DNA of 53,596 bases, the filler included, from Catajapyx aquilonaris (Eukaryota): assembly GCA_000934665.2 (NCBI GenBank). It is 2 parts of 2 records of this genome, joined end to end, with 100 filler letters (N's around TTAATTAATTAA, not from the genome) between each part and the next. Parts side by side here need not be neighbours in the genome. Positions count along the whole stretch, not along the records: positions 26,990 to 53,596 come from JYFJ02005180.1; 1 more part is not named here. One strand, written 5' to 3'. Below, piece after piece: positions 49,633-53,596 of the stretch (within the stretch, counting starts at the first letter, position 1; each line of letters starts with the position of its first letter). The notes beneath the pieces were generated by a model. The model saw nothing but the letters and a program-made list of their open reading frames with translations, made no database searches and was not told the DNA's origin. Position numbers and translations under genes: made by a program.

Positions 49633-50721
49633 AAATACCATGATTTGATCAGCAATACCTGAACAAAAATGTATAATATTCCTTAATTTTTGTTAATAGT
49701 ACTGCTAAAATATACAGATATGCATTAAACCTACAGTATAATATCGAGTTAAAACATGTGACCCACAAGAAGAAACAAATTACTCACTGCCATAGCATGC
49801 CGAAGAGTGAGCGTGCGTGCAACAGCTCCGCCCGGTTCTACCATCCGGATGGCGGCCATCAAACATGGCCACCCAAGACAACCTCCCCCACCGCGTCCAC
49901 CAAGCCTAGCATCGGCCCCGGGGCAACTGGCCCCCGGGTGCAGACCGTATATCTGCAAGCTTCAAAATGAGTCTGCAGCTTGGGCCAGGCCTAGTTGAAT
50001 CTGCGTGCCTTCCCACCATGCTGCTTTGGCACACACACAGCCAGGGTGGCCAGGAGGGGCGGGTCTTAAAACTCTCCCTCTCTCTCCCTCAGCCCCACCA
50101 TCAAGCCCTAGCCTTCCTCTCACTCGTCTCCCCGTTTGCCATGGGATAGACTACCCAATGTTGTAAGGGGAGGCTAATCTAACCCCTCTACGTTTTACCC
50201 CCCACACAGCCCCCTCTTTGCCATTAAGAACACGCCTCGGGGCTAACCACAAGTGTTTCAGGCCTTGCCGGTTATTATACAACTCCCCGGATGCGATTCC
50301 CAATTAAGTTCAAGCTGTTTATGATCTAGCGCCTCGCTGATACTTTGGGCATCTTCTCGGCCATCTTTGGGCTGGAGGGGTAGAGGGGGGGCACCACTTT
50401 ACTAGACTATTACTAGGCAAATTGTAGCTCGGCCCTGGGCGAACTTTAGGCGTGATTTAATTTAATTTCATTCGTGGTTTGCATTTTCTATTTATTTCAC
50501 GAAAACTGTGGCGGTTGAGTATTTTTCGAGGGTTCGGTGTAATGAAAGGCTTTCCGAGATACCCACTAATGGGCGAGGCACGTTGCTGAGAAAGCACCTT
50601 CACCTTCTATCTGGTACCAGGTGGAAGGTCAAGTTTCCATCCGTGAGTCCAGTAGTGTGCAACATTCCACGTCTTTCAAACTTAAAATAGGTGAATTTTA
50701 CTGCTTTTTAAGAATCTCTCA

Positions 50722-50883
50722 AGCCTTGTTTCCACTGGCATCAATTTTGAGCACAAAATCAGAAGCACAAAAATAGATCACAAAATTTATTATTATTACT
50801 TTATTATTAATCGCCTAGCAACAAAAAGTTTTTCTTGCTAGCATTTTGTCCAGAACCAAAATTATGCCGGTGGAAACAAGGCT
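50722..50883. mobile_element. PIF/Harbinger MITE, 162 bp
   Basis: TCA|agccttgtttccactggcat ... atgccggtggaaacaaggct|TCA. Confidence 0.8.
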
Positions 50884-51332
50884 TCAGACTCCAAAACGTG
50901 GAAAATTCGACTCGACGTAAAACAGAAATTCTAAGTATGACAGTATGGAATCATTATTCCAATTTTTTGCCACATTTAATTCAGAGAGTATGAATAAATT
51001 GCAATAATGTTATTGCCATTCCATTCAGATTTTACATAATTATGGTTGAATTACTTCGTGCACAGTACTTTGAAAATAGTCCAGTATTGTTGCATATTGG
51101 TCGGAAGCTACTTTGAAATTCATGTCCAAATTTAATGCAGGCAAAATAAAGGCCATATTTTATGTGGGACATGCGCATATTCTCACTTGGTTTCAACGTA
51201 TTTCAAATCAACGCGGTCCAAAATGACTGAGAGTTTCATTTGGAAAGGCAGTAGATTATTAATTGCCATATAATATTAATAAAGTTCAGCAATATAATAT
51301 GAATGTGTACTCCAACGGCAAGGTATGCGCTA

Positions 51333-51563
51333 CACGGTGTGTTTCAGAATGNTGGAGCTCCCATAAACATCGGTAGAGATTTCGCAGTCTCGCCTCTGTG
51401 CACTCACCTTCAACTCTGGAGTGGAATCATAATATATACGGTGGAAAGCCATTTGGTAAAACTCACTGCAAACTTGACGGTGATGCGACAGAAGCAAGTG
51501 GAAAGAACTGTCCCCAAAATCTTTACAAATACGGACTATAAAGCTCAATTCTGAAACATGCAG
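51333..51563. mobile_element. Possible degenerate Tc1-type MITE
   Basis: TA|cacggtgtgtttcagaat ... attctgaaacatgcag|TA. The match is short and imperfect. Confidence 0.35.
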
Positions 51564-51926
51564 TACACAGCACTCAGTAAACAATTTCGTTAAGTGTTAA
51601 TTTTACTTTGCTGAAGGACCTTTTTTGGGAACGCAAATATCTCCTTGCTGCTATGAAATATGCTTAATCTGTTTTAGTTCCACAAAATTGGTTGGCTCCC
51701 ATCACCGATTCTTTAAATGACATATCGATATGCTGGACTCATCCCCGAGCCTGAAGAGGGCATTGCCTTTTATATGGAGAAATTATAATAAAAAATGGAG
51801 GAAATGGTTATATGTTGTTGGTACAGGATATTTTTAAATATTAGGGCTAATACCTGAGATCATTTATGTGTGCCCGTATACCCCCAAGTCCAGCTGCATT
51901 ATAGTGCATGCTGTACAAAAGATTCA

Positions 51927-52053
51927 TGCCTGGTTGCACCAACAAAATTACCGGTCCGATAGCTCCTAATGGACAGATAGGTAGACCTTTTAACATGTGC
52001 TATCGGTCCGTTAGGAGCTATCGGACCGGTAATTTTGTTGGTGCAACCAGGCA
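51927..52053. mobile_element. PIF/Harbinger palindromic MITE, 127 bp
   Basis: TCA|tgcctggttgcaccaacaaaattaccggtccgatagctcctaa ... ttaggagctatcggaccggtaattttgttggtgcaaccaggca|TCA. Arms are ~54 bp with 2 mismatches. Confidence 0.88.
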
Positions 52054-53596
52054 TCAGACTTGTTTACTTTGAACACGATGATAACTTAAAAGTGAATTTG
52101 TTCTATAAAATGTGCAAAACTGTTTCTACGTTATGGGTTAATCACCATAATTATTATACAACAAAGAGGTTAAGCGGGAGTGGAAAATCTGGTTTTACAA
52201 GGTGCCTTGTACTTATTTCCCCCCTACGAACTATTACTAACCCATTACCGCAGTATAGTATGCCCCATAAAACTGCTGCACCGTAGAACAGCTGCATTAC
52301 GCATCCAATGTTCACAACCGCTAAGCATAACGTTCCGATTTCATGCAAATAAACGCCTGTCCGCAATTCTGGCATGTCCCGCAGCAGCCTATAGTATTAC
52401 ACTGTATATCAATGCACCCAAACTTTAAACAAATGCGTGTAAAACAACATGAACAGCACAATATTGCTGTATATAGTTCATCCTTTTCCCTATAAATCAA
52501 GGTGCTACTCACACAATGATGCACAAGGTGCAAAAAAATTGATAAAAAGTAGAAATGGTTCTGGCAGCCATAAATTAGAGCAGAAATTGGCAAGAGGGGG
52601 TGCCGTTTTTATACAGGCAAAAGTAAGCAAGGGAAAAACAATAATAATGGGTGGGAGACACTGAGTGGGTCTATCCATTATATTCCTTATCATCCAACAG
52701 TATCTGGTTTTATCAAAGCAAACTAAGCAGCAGAGGAGTGAGCACCGAAGGCAGAAACCATCGGGACAATTCCCCAATTAAGAAAGAATCTCTTTTGCGA
52801 TAGCAATGCCTTCAGCCATAGCTGCTCGAATTTATTGGCCCTTAATAAATGTGCGAGTCAAGTCTATTGTGCAGGCCTCTTTAACACTAAAGGACCCCGT
52901 GGCGTTTTGGGCGATTTAGAAGTGTGAATGATGTCATTGGTGTAAAGTTATGATGTGTTGGCTCCGTGTGGAAGCTTTGCGTGTACAAGTTTTGAGCTCA
53001 TCAATTCTTTTTTGTTCCTTTGTGTTTGGAAATGAGGAATGAGTCCTAGAAGGACGGTGATGGTCTTTATGGATTCAATTGGGTGCATCTAGGACCAAAA
53101 ACACTTCTCCCCCCTCCTCAAGATATACAGACTTTACGTGCATTGTGGGATCGGGAGATTTCTCGCCCCCACCAACACAATCCCCATAAATTAACTAAAT
53201 TACTCTTCTGCTGGCCATGTGATAAAGTTGCCAATATATTGGGGTCAACATACGGCAAATACTTCTTAAATAAAAGTCTAAATAGAAGGAATTCCTTCCC
53301 TAACAGCCAATACTCATTTTTCTCCCGAGTTTAGTCTTATCACCTCTTTGTTCCCGAGTACATGCATTTGGAAATGGTCGGCAAAATTAAATTCTTATCG
53401 ACCCAAAGGAGGAGATAAAATACTTGTGCTTCTGCACAGTAAATCACGCTTGGGCAAAAAGAGGCGAAAAAAATCGAATCCTGGATAATGGCCTGTGCTA
53501 TATAACACTGCTGGGCAATGCTACACCTAAAGTAATATATGAAGCTGCGTAAATTAGTCAGCACGTAGCTTGCAATATAGCCGGGAGGATTTACAT

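Noticed and set aside
26990..53596. Conserved microRNAs (miR-10, iab-4, miR-993, let-7, bantam and others) in the gene-free block
   Set aside because: A visual scan found only short seed-like fragments (e.g. tgagatcatt at ~51854) and no full mature sequence. A proper miRBase/Rfam search is still needed.

Overview
This window is eukaryotic, arthropod-like genomic DNA. It is AT-rich, carries tRNA-derived SINEs, Helitrons, Tc1/hAT/Harbinger MITEs and TTAGG tracts, and shows no operon structure. The only credible protein-coding material lies in the first 5.1 kb, on the minus strand. It is a small tandem cluster of intronless heme-oxygenase-like genes of the DUF2236 / MpaB'-Lcp (rubber oxygenase) type: one complete copy (3971-5065), one copy truncated at its 3' end (170-937) and one orphan C-terminal fragment (3436-3688). 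The two larger copies share a 231-bp tract of perfect identity that spans the putative heme-ligand His. From about 7 to 27 kb the sequence is a dense mosaic of short non-autonomous transposons, some nested, tandem or locally clustered, plus minisatellites. After a 100-bp scaffold gap with an artificial TTAATTAATTAA linker (26890-26989), the remaining ~26.6 kb has no recognisable gene and only tiny palindromic MITEs. It also has homeodomain and Hox-Exd-type motifs, so it may be a regulatory gene desert or a large intron. I found no CRISPR array, rRNA, true tRNA or autonomous transposase. I cannot support a wholly new biological system. The best leads are the diverging oxygenase cluster and a set of SINEs sharing one 3' module. 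All assignments come from manual reading without database searches.
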